A DNA stretch of 50,888 bases, filler included, from Dendrobates tinctorius (taxonomy: Eukaryota): the NCBI RefSeq assembly GCF_039654945.1. It is 4 parts of 4 records of this genome, joined end to end, with 100 filler letters (N's around TTAATTAATTAA, not from the genome) between each part and the next. Parts side by side here need not be neighbours in the genome. Positions count along the whole stretch, not along the records: positions 1 to 12,667 come from NW_027361881.1; 3 more parts are not named here. One strand, given 5' to 3'. A program made the position numbers and the translations under genes. Below, in pieces: positions 1 through 12,643 of the stretch; the first letter of the stretch is position 1; every line of letters starts with the position of its first letter. The notes under the pieces are model-generated. The model searched no databases, was not told the origin of the DNA, and was given only the letters and a program-made list of their open reading frames with translations.

Positions 1-59
1 CACTGGCTGCCATCTCCGCGGTTATATCAGTAGCAGCCCCGCACACCCTGCTCTCTGGG

Positions 60-830
60 ACACGACGCTTCCTTGCTGTCAATCACTCAGCTCGCCCTGT
101 GATTGGCGGGCTCGCTGCACAGGGGGTGGGACCAGGTCTCTGATTGGCCAGCTGGTGACAGCAGTGCCAGCAGGCCGGGGAGCGGCAGGTCTGGGCCTGT
201 GACCCGGGGCCGCTCCCGCCGCACACGCCCTACCTCCGCTATCTCATGTCCCCCGCCTCCGATGCGCTGCTGCCGTCCTTCGCTGATGCCGCCGGCCCGC
301 TTTATCGTGTCCCGCAGATCGTCATCCCGCCGCCTCTCATCTGCACTGACAACAACCCCGCCAGCCGCTTCCGCCCCTAGCAACGGATATCCTCCCCGCC
401 TGCAACCATGGCGACCGCCGCTCCTGCTGATTGGCCGGCAGAGGCGTCTGTCTGCGCAGAATGGCGCTAGTGGGCGTGGTCACACAGTCGCAGGGTTATA
501 CGCCACCTCATTGGTTCCTGTCCTGATCAATCACGGTGACGTTTGCAGGGGCGGGACTTATCAGCTGTGCAGTGGGCGGGGCCGCCCGGTGATTGACAGC
601 GGCAGTGGGGCTGAGCGTCCGCGCCTGGGCCGCAGATCAGACCACTAGTCTCCGGGCCGCTGCACGTTACGTCACTGGTGCAGTGTACAGCAGGAGCCAG
701 GGAGCTACCCGCGGCAATATGGGAGCACCAAGATGGCGGGGACGGCTGCCATGGCAACCTGACAACACGGGGCGCGACATCCGTGCGCCTCCAAAATGTT
801 CTCAGAGATTGATTCAGCGTGTAAGTGGTT
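60..830. promoter_or_regulatory. CpG-island-like promoter region with CCAAT boxes, GC boxes, a YY1-like site and an RFX X-box-like site
   Basis: GC- and CpG-rich. Repeated GATTGG (about 102, 142, 429) and GGGCGG/CCCCGCC motifs. CAAGATGGCGG at 729-739 and GCTGCCATGGCAAC at 745-758. Possible splice donor GTAAGT at 821. The gene is not identifiable. Confidence 0.6.
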
Positions 831-895
831 AAATAACATCAGCTGTTAGCCACACCCCGTTCATATAGGCCACACCCCTTTACACAGCGCATTAT

Positions 896-960
896 TAAAG
901 GGGCTGTCCAGTATTCCAGCAGTTAACCCTCACTCTTTAAAAATTATCTCTCCTCACTAC
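896..960 (+). mobile_element. Left end of a T2/Kolobok-type MITE
   Basis: TTAA followed by AGGGGCTGTCC, the same terminus type as at 14039, 41485 and 47298. No right terminus found. Confidence 0.4.
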
Positions 961-3900
961 CCCGGTACCCGAGAACTGCCCCCTGTGCCACAGCACTGCC
1001 CCCCTGTACCCCAGCACTGCCCCCCTGTACCCCATCATTACCTGTGTACCCCAGCACTGCCCCCCTGTACCCCAGCACTGACCCCCTGTACCCCAGCATT
1101 ACCTGTGTACCCCAGCACTCCCCCCCTGTACCCCAGCACTGCCCCCCTGTACCCCAGCACTGGCCCCCTGTACCCCAGCACTGACCCCCTGTACCCCATC
1201 ATTACCTGTGTACCCCAGCACTGACCCCCTGTACCCCAGCACTGACCCCCTGTACCCCAGCACTGCCCCCCTGTACCCCAGCACTGCCCCCTGTACCCCA
1301 GCACTGCCCCCCTGTACCCCATCATTACCTGTGTACCCCAGCACTGACCCCCTGTACCCCAGCACTGCCCCCTGTACCCCAGCACTGCCCCCCTGTACCC
1401 CATCATTACCTGTGTACCCCAGCACTGACCCCCTGTACCCCAGCACTGCCCCCTGTGCCCCAGCACTGCCCCCCTGTACCCCAGCACTGACCCCCGGTAC
1501 CCCAGCACTGACCCCCGGTACCCCAGCACTGCCCCCTGTACCCCAGCACTGCCCCCCTGTACCCCAGCACTGCCCCCCGGTGCCCCAGCACTGCCCCCCT
1601 GTACCCCAGCACTGCCCCCCGGTGCCCCAGCACTGCCCCCTGTACCCCAGCACTACCTGTCTACCCCAGCACTGCCCCCTGTACCCCAGCACTGACCCCC
1701 TGTACCCCAGCATTACCTGTGTACCCCAGCACTGCCCCCCTGTACCCCAGCACTGCCCCCCTGTACCCCAGCACTGCCCCCTGTACCCCAGCACTGCCCC
1801 CCTGTACCCCATCATTACCTGTGTACCCCAGCACTGCCCCCCTGTACCCCAGCACTGACCCCCTGTACCCCAGCACTGCCCCCTGTGCCCCAGCACTGCC
1901 CCCCTGTACCCCAGCACTGACCCCCGGTACCCCAGCACTGCCCCCTGTACCCCAGCACTGCCCCCCTGTACCCCAGCACTGCCCCCCGGTGCCCCAGCAC
2001 TGCCCCCTGTACCCCAGCACTACCTGTCTACCCCAGCACTGCCCCCTGTACCCCAGCACTGCCCCCCTGTACCCCAGCACTGCCCCCCGGTGCCCCAGCA
2101 CTGCCCCCTGTACCCCAGCACTACCTGTCTACCCCAGCACTGCCCCCTGTACCCCAGCACTGCCCCCCTGTACCCCAGCACTGCCCCCCGGTACCCCAGC
2201 ACTGACCCCTGTACCCCAGCACTGCCCCCCTGTACCCCAGCACTGCCCCCTGTACCCCAGCACTGCCCTCTGTACCCCAGCACTGACCCCCTGTGCCCCA
2301 GCACTGACCCCCTGTACCCCAGCATTACCTGTGTACCCCAGCACTGACCCCCTGTACCCCAGCATTACCTGTGTACCCCAGCACTGCCCCCCTGTACCCC
2401 AGCACTGCCCCCCTGTACCCCAGCACTGCCCCCTGTGCCCCAGCACTGCCCCCCCGGTACCCCAGCACTGCCCCCTGTGCCCCAGCACTGACCCCCTGTA
2501 CCCCAGCATTACCTGTGTACCCCAGCACTGCCCCCTGTACCCCAGCACTGCCCCCCTGTACCCCAGCACTGCCCCCCTGTACCCCAGCACTGCCCCCCTG
2601 TACCCCAGCACTGCCCCCCGGTGCCCCAGCACTGCCCCCTGTACCCCAGCACTGCCCCCCTGTACCCCAGCATTACCTGTGTACCCCAGCACTGCCCCCT
2701 GTACCCCAGCACTGCCCCCCTGTACCCCAGCACTGCCCCCCTGTACCCCAGCACTGCCCCCCGGTACCCCAGCACTGCCCCCCTGTACCCCAGCACTGCC
2801 CCCCGGTGCCCCAGCACTGCCCCCTGTACCCCAGCACTACCTGTCTACCCCAGCACTGCCCCCCTGTACCCCAGCACTGCCCCCCTGTACCCCAGCACTG
2901 CCCCCCGGTGCCCCAGCACTGCCCCCTGTACCCCAGCACTACCTGTCTACCCCAGCACTGCCCCCCTGTACCCCAGCACTGCCCCCCGGTGCCCCAGCAC
3001 TGCCCCCCGGTGCCCCAGCACTGCCCCCCTGTACCCCAGCACTGCCCCCCGGTGCCCCAGCACTACCTGTCTACCCCAGCACTACCTGTCTACCCCAGCA
3101 CTGCCCCCCTGTACCCCAGCACTGCCCCCCGGTACCCCAGCACTGACCCCTGTACCCCAGCACTGCCCCCCTGTACCCCAGCACTGCCCTCTGTACCCCA
3201 GCACTGCCCTCTGTACCCCAGCACTGACCCCCTGTGCCCCAGCACTGACCCCCTGTACCCCAGCATTACCTGTGTACCCCAGCACTGACCCCCTGTACCC
3301 CAGCATTACCTGTGTACCCCAGCACTGCCCCCCTGTACCCCAGCACTGCCCCCTGTGCCCCAGCACTGCCCCCCCGGTACCCCAGCACTGCCCCCTGTGC
3401 CCCAGCACTGACCCCCTGTACCCCAGCATTACCTGTGTACCCCAGCACTGCCCCCTGTACCCCAGCACTGCCCCCCTGTACCCCAGCATTACCTGTGTAC
3501 CCCAGCACTGCCCCCCTGTACCCCAGCACTGCCCCCCGGTGCCCCAGCACTGCCCCCTGTACCCCAGCACTGACCCCCTGTACCCCAGCATTACCTGTGT
3601 ACCCCAGCACTGCCCCCTGTACCCCAGCACTGACCCCCTGTACCCCAGCATTACCTGTGTACCCCAGCACTGCCCCCTGTACCCCAGCACTGCCCTCCGG
3701 TGCCCCAGCATTACCTGTGTACCCCAGCACTGCCCCCTGTACCCCAGCACTGCCCCCCTGTACCCCAGCACTGCCCCCCGGTGCCCCAGCACTGCCCCCC
3801 TGTACCCCAGCACTGACCCCCTGTACCCCAGCATTACCTGTGTACCCCAGCACTGCCCCCTGTACCCCAGCACTGCCCCCCTGTACCCCAGCATTACCTG

Positions 3901-6900
3901 TGTACCCCAGCACTGCCCCCCTGTACCCCAGCACTGCCCCCCGGTGCCCCAGCACTGCCCCCTGTACCCCAGCACTGACCCCCTGTACCCCAGCATTACC
4001 TGTGTACCCCAGCACTGCCCCCTGTACCCCAGCACTGACCCCCTGTACCCCAGCATTACCTGTGTACCCCAGCACTGCCCCCTGTACCCCAGCACTGCCC
4101 TCCGGTGCCCCAGCATTACCTGTGTACCCCAGCACTGCCCCCTGTACCCCAGCACTGCCCCCCTGTACCCCAGCACTGCCCCCCGGTGCCCCAGCACTGC
4201 CCCCCTGTACCCCAGCACTGCCCCCCTGTACCCCAGCACTGACCCCCTGTACCCCAGCATTACCTGTGTACCCCAGCACTGCCCCCCTGTGCCCCAGCAC
4301 TGCCCCTCTGTACCCCAGCACTGCCCCCTGTGCCCCAGCACTGACCCCCTGTACCCCAGCATTACCTGTGTACCCCAGCACTGCCCCCCTGTACCCCAGC
4401 ATTACCTGTGTACCCCAGCACTGCCCCCCTGTACCCCAGCATTACCTGTGTACCCCAGCACTGCCCCCCTGTACCCCAGCATTACCTGTGTACCCCAGCA
4501 CTGCCCCCCTGTACCCCAGCACTGCCCCCTGTACCCCAGCACTGCCCCCCTGTACCCCAGCACTGCCCCCCGGTGCCCCAGCATTACCTGTGTACCCCAG
4601 CACTGCCCCCTGCACCCCAGCACTGCCCCCCTGTACCCCAGCACTGTCCCCCTGTGCCCCAGCACTGACCCCCTGTACCCCAGCATTACCTGTGTACCCC
4701 AGCACTGCCCCCCTGTACCCCAGCACTGCCCCCCTGTACCCCAGCACTGCCCCCCGGTACCCCAGCACTGCCCCCCGGTACCCCAGCACTGCCCCCCTGT
4801 ACCTCAGCACTGCCCCCCTGTACCCCAGCACTGCCCCCTGTACCCGAGAACTGCCTCCAATACCCCAGCACTGCCCCCTGTGCCCCAGCTCTGACCCCCT
4901 GTACCCCACCATTACCTGTGTACCCCAGCACTGCCCCCCTGTACCCCAGCACTGCCCCCCTGTACCCCAGCACTGCCCCCCTGTACCCCAGCACTGCCCC
5001 CCGGTACCCCAGCAGTGCCCCCCTGTACCCCAGCACTGCCCCCTGTACCCCAGCACTGCCTCCAATACCCCAGCACTGCCCCCTGTGCCCCAGCACTGCC
5101 CCTCTGTACCCCAGCACTGCCCCCTGTGCCCCAGTACTGACCCCCTGTACCCCAGCATTACCTGTGTACCCCAGCACTGCCCCTGTGCCCCAGCACTGAC
5201 CCCCTGTACCCCAGCATTACCTGTGTACCCCAGCACTGCCCCCCTGTACCCCAGCATTACCTGTGTACCCCAGCACTGCCCCCCTGTACCCCAGCACTGC
5301 CTCCCTGTACCCCAGCACTGCCCCCCTGTACCCCAGCACTGCCCCCCGGTGCCCCAGCATTACCTGTGTACCCCAGCACTGCCGCCTGTACCCCAGCACT
5401 GCCCCCCTGTACCCCAGCACTGCCCCCCTGTGCCCCAGCACTGACCCCCTGTACCCCAGCATTACCTGTGTACCCCAGCACTGCCCCCTGTACCCCAGCA
5501 CTGCCCCCTTGTACCCCAGCACTGCCCCCCTGTACCCCAGCACTGCCCCCCTGTACCCCAGCACTGCCCCCCTGTACCTCAGCACTGCCCCCCTGTACCT
5601 CAGCACTGCCCCCCTGTACCCCAGCACTGCCCCCTGTACCCGAGAACTGCCTCCAATACCCCAGCACTGCCCCCTGTGCCCCAGCTCTGACCCCCTGTAC
5701 CCCAGCATTACCTGTGTACCCCAGCACTGCCCCCTGTGCCCCAGCACTGCCCCCCTGTACCCCAGCATTACCTGTGTACCCCAGCACTGCCCCCCTGTAC
5801 CCCAGCACTACCCCCTGTGCCCCAGCACTGACCCCCTGTACCCCAGCATTACCTGTGTACCCCAGCACTGCCCCCCTGTACCCCAGCATTACCTGTGTAC
5901 CCCAGCACTGCCCCCCTGTACCCCAGCACTGCCCCCCGGTGCCCCAGCATTACCTGTGTACCCCAGCACTGCCCCCTGCACCCCAGCACTGCCCCCCTGT
6001 ACCCCAGCACTGCCCCCCTGTGCCCCAGCACTGACCCCCTGTACCCCAGCATTACCTGTGTACCCCAGCACTGCCCCCCTGTACCCCAGCACTGCCCCCT
6101 GTGCCCCAGCACTGAACCCCTGTACCCCAGCATTACCTGTGTACCCCAGCACTGCCCCCCTGTACCCCAGCATTACCTGTGTACCCCAGCACTGCCCCCC
6201 TGTACCCCAGCACTGCCCCCCTGTACCCCAGCACTGCCCCCTGTACCCCAGCACTGCCCCCCGGTGCCCCAGCATTACCTGTGTACCCCAGCACTGCCCC
6301 CCTGTACCCCAGCACTGCCCCCCGGTGCCCCAGCACTGCCCCCTGTGCCCCAGCACTGCCCCCCTGTACCCCAGCACTGCCCCCCTGTACCCCAGCACTG
6401 ACCCCCTGTACCCCAGCATTACCTGTGTACCCCAGCACTGCCCCCCTGTACCCCAGCACTGCCCCCCTGTACCCCAGCACTGACCCCCTGTACCCCAGCA
6501 TTACCTGTGTACCCCAGCACTGCCCCCTGTGCCCCAGTACTGACCCCCTGTACCCCAGCATTACCTGTGTACCCCAGCACTGCCCCCCGGTGCCCCAGCA
6601 CTGCCCCCCTGTACCCCAGCACTGCCCCCCTGTACCCCAGCACTGCCCCCCGGTGCCCCAGCACTGCCCCCTGTACCCCAGCACTGACCCCCTGTACCCC
6701 AGCATTACCTGTGTACCCCAGCACTGCCCCCCTGTACCCCAGCACTGCCCCCCGGTGCCCCAGCATTACCTGTGTACCCCAGCACTGCCCCCCTGTACCC
6801 CAGCACTGCCCCCCGGTGCCCCAGAACTGCCCCCTGTACCCCAGCACTGCCCCCCGGTGCCCCAGCACTGCCCCCCTGTACCCCAGCACTGCCCCCCTGT

Positions 6901-7335
6901 ACCCCAGCACTGCCCCCTGTACCCCAGCACTACCTGTCTACCCCAGCACTGCCCCCCTGTACCCCAGCACTGCCCCCCGGTACCCCAGCACTGACCCCTG
7001 TACCCCAGCACTGCCCCCCTGTACCCGAGAACTGCCCCCTGTACCCCAGCACTGCCCCCTGTACCCCAGCACTGCCCCCGGTACCCCAGCACTGACCCCG
7101 GTGCCCAAGTACTGCCCCCCTGTACCCAAGAACTGCCCAGTGTACCCCAGCATTACCTGTGTACCCCAGCACTGACCCCTGTACCCCAGCACTGACCCCT
7201 GTACCCCAGCACTGACCCCTATACCCCAGCACTGCCCCCGGTACCCAAGCACTGCCCCCCTGTACCCGAGAACTGCCCTGTGTACCCCAGCATTACCTGT
7301 GTACCGCAGCACCGCCCGTGTACCCCAGCACGGCC
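961..7335 (+). repeat. ~6.4 kb C-rich minisatellite of 19-21 bp units (CCCCAGCACTGCCCCCCTGTA and variants such as CCCCAGCATTACCTGTGTA)
   Basis: Tandem array read directly; interspersed variants and block duplications. Confidence 0.98.
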
Positions 7336-7358
7336 TCTGTACCACAGAACTGGCCTTT

Positions 7359-7476
7359 GTGACATCACAACTACAGCGTGTGACTGCTGCAGCCAATCAC
7401 TGGGCTCATACCATCTACTAAGCATCACCAAGGAGCTCAGTGATTGGCTGCAGCGGTCACACACTGTAGTTGTGAC
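7359..7476. repeat. Inverted repeat / hairpin, likely a MITE internal palindrome
   Basis: TCACAACTACAGCGTGTGACTGCTGCAGCCAATCACTGGGCTC pairs with GAGCTCAGTGATTGGCTGCAGCGGTCACACACTGTAGTTGTGA. Confidence 0.85.
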
Positions 7477-7913
7477 TTATGATGTGTTTAATTCACAGTT
7501 CAAGAAAGTAGTTTGGGAGTGTGCAATATCCACAAATTCACAATTATTCCACCATATTAAAAGATAACTATTAATCAATCTAAAATTACCAATCAGTGCC
7601 GTCAGCTCAATCCCATTATAGGAAAGGCACTGGGTAGAAAGGGCCTGACCCTGCTCCGATGCCTGGGCCCGCCCTGCCTGCCAGCGGAGGGTGGCAGCCC
7701 ATATACCCCTATACATCTGCTAAATGTAGGTGGTAAATCTTGATATTTTGGAATTCTATCATCTATCGTGTATCATAAGCTATCCACAGCATCAATGCTC
7801 TGTGTTACCCAAGCCGTACCCCCAGGCAGAGCCAGCACCCACACCATGAGCAGACCCTCACACTGAGCACAATGTGGCTCCATCAAAGAGACAACATGTA
7901 TGTGCCACATAAA

Positions 7914-7953
7914 CTCCACGCGTTTCGCCTCTGCAGGACGGTCATCAGGAGGG
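7914..7953 (-). ncRNA. Degenerate minimal type I hammerhead ribozyme motif (Penelope-associated type)
   Basis: Minus strand reads CTC-CTGATGA-CCGTCCTGCAGAGGC-GAAA-CGCG-TG-GAG. Both core boxes are present, with a CTC/GAG stem I and a palindromic CGCG stem III. The cleavage triplet ends in G, which is non-canonical. Confidence 0.55.
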
Positions 7954-8199
7954 CAAATACTTAGCTTGTCACTTTGTGATACATGAATACAGGTGACGTC
8001 CTCAGCGCACGAGGAGAGTTCCCTCTTGGTGCGATTCCTTCTTCAGGCGACTGCAAGAAAAGACACCACAGCGATCAGCTCTGATTATTGAAGGGTTTTT
8101 TATATGTTTTCCCCTTTATGCCTTTTTGCTGCATTTTTTAGCACAGAATTGCTAGTTTGCAATGGACAATTCAACTGCATTTTTACATGCGTCAGAGAC

Positions 8200-9808
8200 A
8201 GAGCATGACGTCACAGGGGAGCATGGCATAGGAAAAGTACGGCGTCGCAGAGCGAGCATGGCGTCACAGTGGGAGCACAACGTCACGGGGAGCACGGCGT
8301 CACAGTGGGAGCACAACGTCACAGGGGGAGCACGGCGTCACAGTGGGAGCACGGCGTCACAGGGGGAGCACAACGTCACAGAGGGAGCACAACGTCACGG
8401 GGAGCACGGCGTCACAGTGGGAGCACAACGTCACGGGGAGCACGGCGTCACAGTGGGAGCACGGCGTCACAGTGGGAGCACAACGTCACAGGGGGAGCAC
8501 GGCGTCACAGTGGGAGCACGGCGTCACAGGGGGAGCACAACGTCACAGAGGGAGCACGGCGTCACAGGGGGAGCACGGCGTCACAGGAGGAGCACGGCGT
8601 CACAGGAGGAGCACGGCGTCAGGGGGAGCACGGCGTCACAGGGGGAGCACGGCGTCACAGGGGGAGCACAACGTCACAGTGGGAGCACAACGTCACAGGG
8701 GGAGCACGGCGTCACAGTGGGAGCACGGCGTCACAGGGGGAGCACAACGTCACAGAGGGAGCACGGCGTCACAGGGGGAGCACGGCGTCACAGGAGGAGC
8801 ACGGCGTCACAGGAGGAGCACGGCGTCACAGGGGGAGCACGGCGTCACAGTGGGAGCACGGCGTCACAGGGGGAGCACAACGTCACAGAGGGAGCACGGC
8901 GTCACAGGGGGAGCACGGCGTCACAGGAGGAGCACGGCGTCACAGGAGGAGCACGGCGTCACAGGGGGAGCACGGCGTCACAGGGGGAGCACAACGTCAC
9001 AGAGGGAGCACGGCATCACAGTGGGAGCACGGCGTCACAGGGGGAGCACGGCGTCACAGGGGGAGCACGGCGTCACAGGAGGAGCACGGCGTCACAGGAG
9101 GAGCACGGCGTCACAGGGGGAGCACGGCGTCACAGGGGGAGCACGGCGTCACAGGGGGAGCACAACGTCACAGAGGGAGCACGGCATCACAGGAGGAGCA
9201 CGGCGTCACAGGGGGAGCACGGCGTCACAGGGGGAGCACAACGTCACAGAGGGAGGACGGCGTCACAGGGGGAGCACGGCGTCGCAGTGCGAGCACGGCG
9301 TCACAGTGGGAGCACAACGTCACAGGGGGAGCACGGCGTCACGGGGAGCACGGCGTCACAGTGGGAGCACGGCGTCACAGTGGGAGAGCAGCGTCACAGG
9401 GGGAGCACGGCGTCACAGGGGGAGCACAACGTCACAGAGGGAGCACGGCGTCACAGGGGGAGCACGGCGTCACAGGGAGCACGGCGTCGCAGAGCGAGCA
9501 CGGCGTCACAGTGGGAGCACAACATCACGGGGAGCACGGCGTCACAGTGGGAGAGCGGCGTCACAGGGGGAGCACGGCGTCACAGGGGGAGCACGGCGTC
9601 ACAGGGGGAGCACGGCGTCACGGGGAGCACGGCGTCACAGTGGGAGCACGGCATCACAGTGGGAAAGCGGCGTCACAGGGGGAGCACAACATCACAGAGG
9701 GAGCACGGCGTCACGGGGAGCACGGCGTCACAGTGGGAGCACAACGTCACAGAGGGAGCACGGCTTCACAGGGGGAGCACGGCATCACAGGGGGAGCACG
9801 GCGTCACA
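8200..9808 (+). repeat. ~1.6 kb minisatellite of mainly 21 bp units (GGGAGCACGGCGTCACAGNGG)
   Basis: Tandem array read directly; CpG-rich with CGTCA in most units. Confidence 0.97.
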
Positions 9809-10210
9809 AACCCTCAGCTGTGGGAAGTGCTGGGTCGGTGGGAGATTACTGCGTTGTGAGGTCTTTTGGATCCACACTTGGCTCCGACAATCCAATGGGA
9901 TGAATGAAAACTTCCTGTGCTTGTACTTTTTTCCTCATGAGGCGGGTAGATTTTGATGTGCCCCATGGTTTGACACTGCCATCATTTGGCCCCGGCCACA
10001 AGCTCCTCATCCTCTTGGCCAACCAAGTTAGTAAGTGTAGTTACTTGATACCTGAACTACTGTGACCCTGTGTATCTGGCCTGGATGCCCCAATTCTATA
10101 TGCCACCCTGGGTAGAAAGCACACCCCAGAAGGCCACATGCCTAGGCTACTGGTAGCAAATGTGATATATCAAATATATGAAATTGAGAATATTTCCTGT
10201 CACATTGCAG

Positions 10211-11430
10211 TGGAAGATGTGATGAGACGCTGGCGCAGCATCCGCGACCAATACAGGCGGGAGCGTCAGCAGCGGTCCAGGAGTGGTGATGCGGGCCACC
10301 TAAAGAGGAAATACATCTATTATGATCGCCTCTCCTTCCTCGCTCCTATTCTGGTTCTGAGACCGTAAGTAGATACCTCACACCACATTACACAAATACT
10401 TTACAGGGACAAAAAAAATTGATTTTTGTTTTTTGTTGCTCTGTTCGATTTCATAACAGAACTCAGTCCAACCTTACGGAGAGAGGAACGGGCTCAGATA
10501 CCGAGCCCATCATAGATCCTGGGTCTGTAGGGGATGAGGTGGCTGGCCCATCTTCTCCCCCTCCAAGAAGCATGAGTGAAGAATCCTCACAGGAAAACCC
10601 AGTGCCTGTGCCACAAACCCCACCACCAGGACCGTCTGCTGCTGCACCATCAGCCATACAGGAGGAGCAGGGCAACATGAGCAGCAGCCCAACTGCCCAG
10701 ATCCGGAGATCCCCACAGCCTGCTGGACCATCCCGGCGAGGAAGAAGAAGGCGCCAGATCCCTGTCCAAGATACCCGGACCAATGTGGACACAGGGGTCC
10801 TCAACTATCTGGCTAGAGTGAATAATGATGATGGCGAGGAGGCATACTCACACAGCCTGGCCCTTTATCTTCATGGCCTTTCCCGTGAGGTGAGGCTCCA
10901 TATTCGAGGATGTTTTCAGATCCTGCTTGATGCAAGCACACACCCCAATACTCCATATGAGTTATTTGAATATCTGGAGAGGTGGCAGCTTTCACCCAGA
11001 AATCTAATGTGCCTTAGACCACACACATGCTTGCTCAAGCAGGCTCTGAGGATCCTCAAATACGTGGGCCTACACCTCACCCCCTTCCTCCCCCTACCCA
11101 ACCTTCCCAACAGCAGCCACATATGTCTGGCTCTAGCCAACCCCACCAATATGGCCACTTGTTCCCACCCAGTGTTGGAGGCTGGTCCCTACCTGGTTGG
11201 GGACGACATGGCTATATTGGTGGGTATGAGACACAGGCCTACCCGACCCAACAAGAAGCCCTTCTCCAGTATCACTCTGGCCAGTACCAAGCCCAATCCC
11301 AGGAGGCAGTACACTACCCACATCATGGGCAACAGTATGCCCCACACAGGGCGATGTTGGGCAAAGTAGCCAGCAGCAAACACAGGCTGGTCTTCCGCCT
11401 TCTCCTCCCCTGTCGTACCAAAATGTATAA
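10211..11430 (+). pseudogene. PIF/Harbinger DNA-binding accessory gene (MADF/Myb-SANT-like N-terminus, BESS-like motif), spliced, frameshifted in the 3' part
   Basis: Exon 10211-10364 (ttgcag|...|gtaagt) encodes EDVMRRWRSIRDQYRRE...YIYYDRLSFLAPIL. It joins in frame to an exon starting at 10460 (aacag|) giving LRPTQSNL. A later DGEEAYSHSLALYL...RLHIRGCFQILL segment is BESS-like. The Pro/Gln-rich tail changes frame and ends ...YQNV* at 11430. No clear first exon. Confidence 0.75.
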
Positions 11431-11742
11431 TATTGCCATTTTGGTATTGCCTAATGGTATTTTCTTTGTTTTCTATGTTGGAAACTGTTTATTCTACTCA
11501 ATTTTCACATCTGCACAAAGGCCAATTTGGGCCAACGCAACATTTCTCATATGGCAATAATATGTTTTGCTTAAAGAAAAAAAAAAAGCAAAAGTAAACA
11601 TTTGTCTACTACATTTTACGTCTCTGTCTCAATTAAAAAAAAAACGGTGTCAGCATACTAACATACGCTTACCAAGGCAATTAAACAGTCATAGAATCAG
11701 AAGGGGAAGAAATATATATTTAGACAGACGTAAACCAAAAAA

Positions 11743-12643
11743 TTATAACATAGACACAGCATGCTCTGGCCAAGAAGGTTCCCCCTGAGGTGCCATAAAG
11801 TAATTAGTGAAAATATCACGCACTTTGAGGCCAGAGAGCGGTCTACGTTGAGGGTTCATAGGTGGTCTCGCCCTACGTACATTGTCTGACCCACGCACAA
11901 CACCAGCAGAGGAGGAACAATCATGTATCCTGGTGAAGTTATGAAGAACCACACAGGCTTTCACAACTTCATTAACATTTTGTTCACTCAGCTGAGTGGC
12001 AGACTGTAGGACCCGCCATTTGGCACAAAGAATCCCAAAGGAACACTCCACCAGTCGCCTAGCACGTGATAGGCGCAAGTTAAAAATTCAGCGCCTGTGG
12101 TCCAGGTTGCGCCGGGGATATGGCCTCATGACATTGCGCGATAACTGAAAGGCCTCATCTGCCACAAGGACATAAGGGACTGATTGTTCGGGGGAGCCTG
12201 GTAGCTGGAATGGTGGTGGGAAATCCAACTGGTTGGTATGTAGCCGCCGAGCCATGATGGAAGTATTGAAGACTCTAGAGTCTCCCGTCCTTCCATAGGC
12301 CCCAATGTCAACAATTATAAACTTGTATTGAGGGTCTACCAGAGCCAACAATACAACAGAAAAGTATTGTTTATAATTGAAGAATTGGGAGCCAGAGTTC
12401 GGCGGCTTCCGCACCCGGATATGTTTGCCATCAAGGGCCCCAATACAATTAGGAAACTGGCAGTCCTCCTCAAAGTCCCTTGATATCCTCAACCAGTCTT
12501 CCATCCTGGGTTGGGGCATGACGAGTTGATGGAATCTTGTCCAGATTTCACTACATGTCGACCTGACCATGCCAGAAATGGTAGATCTTCCAATGAGGAA
12601 CTCATGGTGGAGGGCGGCATAAGACAGGCCAGTGGCCAGGAAG
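11743..12643 (-). pseudogene. PIF/Harbinger DDE transposase (DDE_Tnp_4 type), 3' exon with one in-frame nonsense codon; 5' part lost in the gap
   Basis: Motifs FLATG, FPNCIGALDGKH, NYKQYFS, VADEAF, RPY, RARRLVECSFGIL, ACVVLHNF. The two track ORFs are in the same frame, separated by TGA at 12088-12090 (RR*IFNLRLS). Splice acceptor ttcttcag| lies just before FLATG. Confidence 0.92.

Noticed and set aside
87-832. Short ORFs in the CpG-rich region
   Set aside because: No recognisable domains; expected by chance in GC-rich DNA.
985-7396. Many long Pro/Cys/Gly-rich ORFs on both strands
   Set aside because: They are translations of the 19-21 bp minisatellite; the same peptides recur in all frames.
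9809-9830. NPQLWE as the start of the MADF domain
   Set aside because: The following residues do not fit MADF and the frame closes; likely chance.
8162-9956. Three ~550-aa filaggrin/hornerin-like ORFs
   Set aside because: All three frames are open and cycle through the same repeat peptides; no S100 domain or gene structure.
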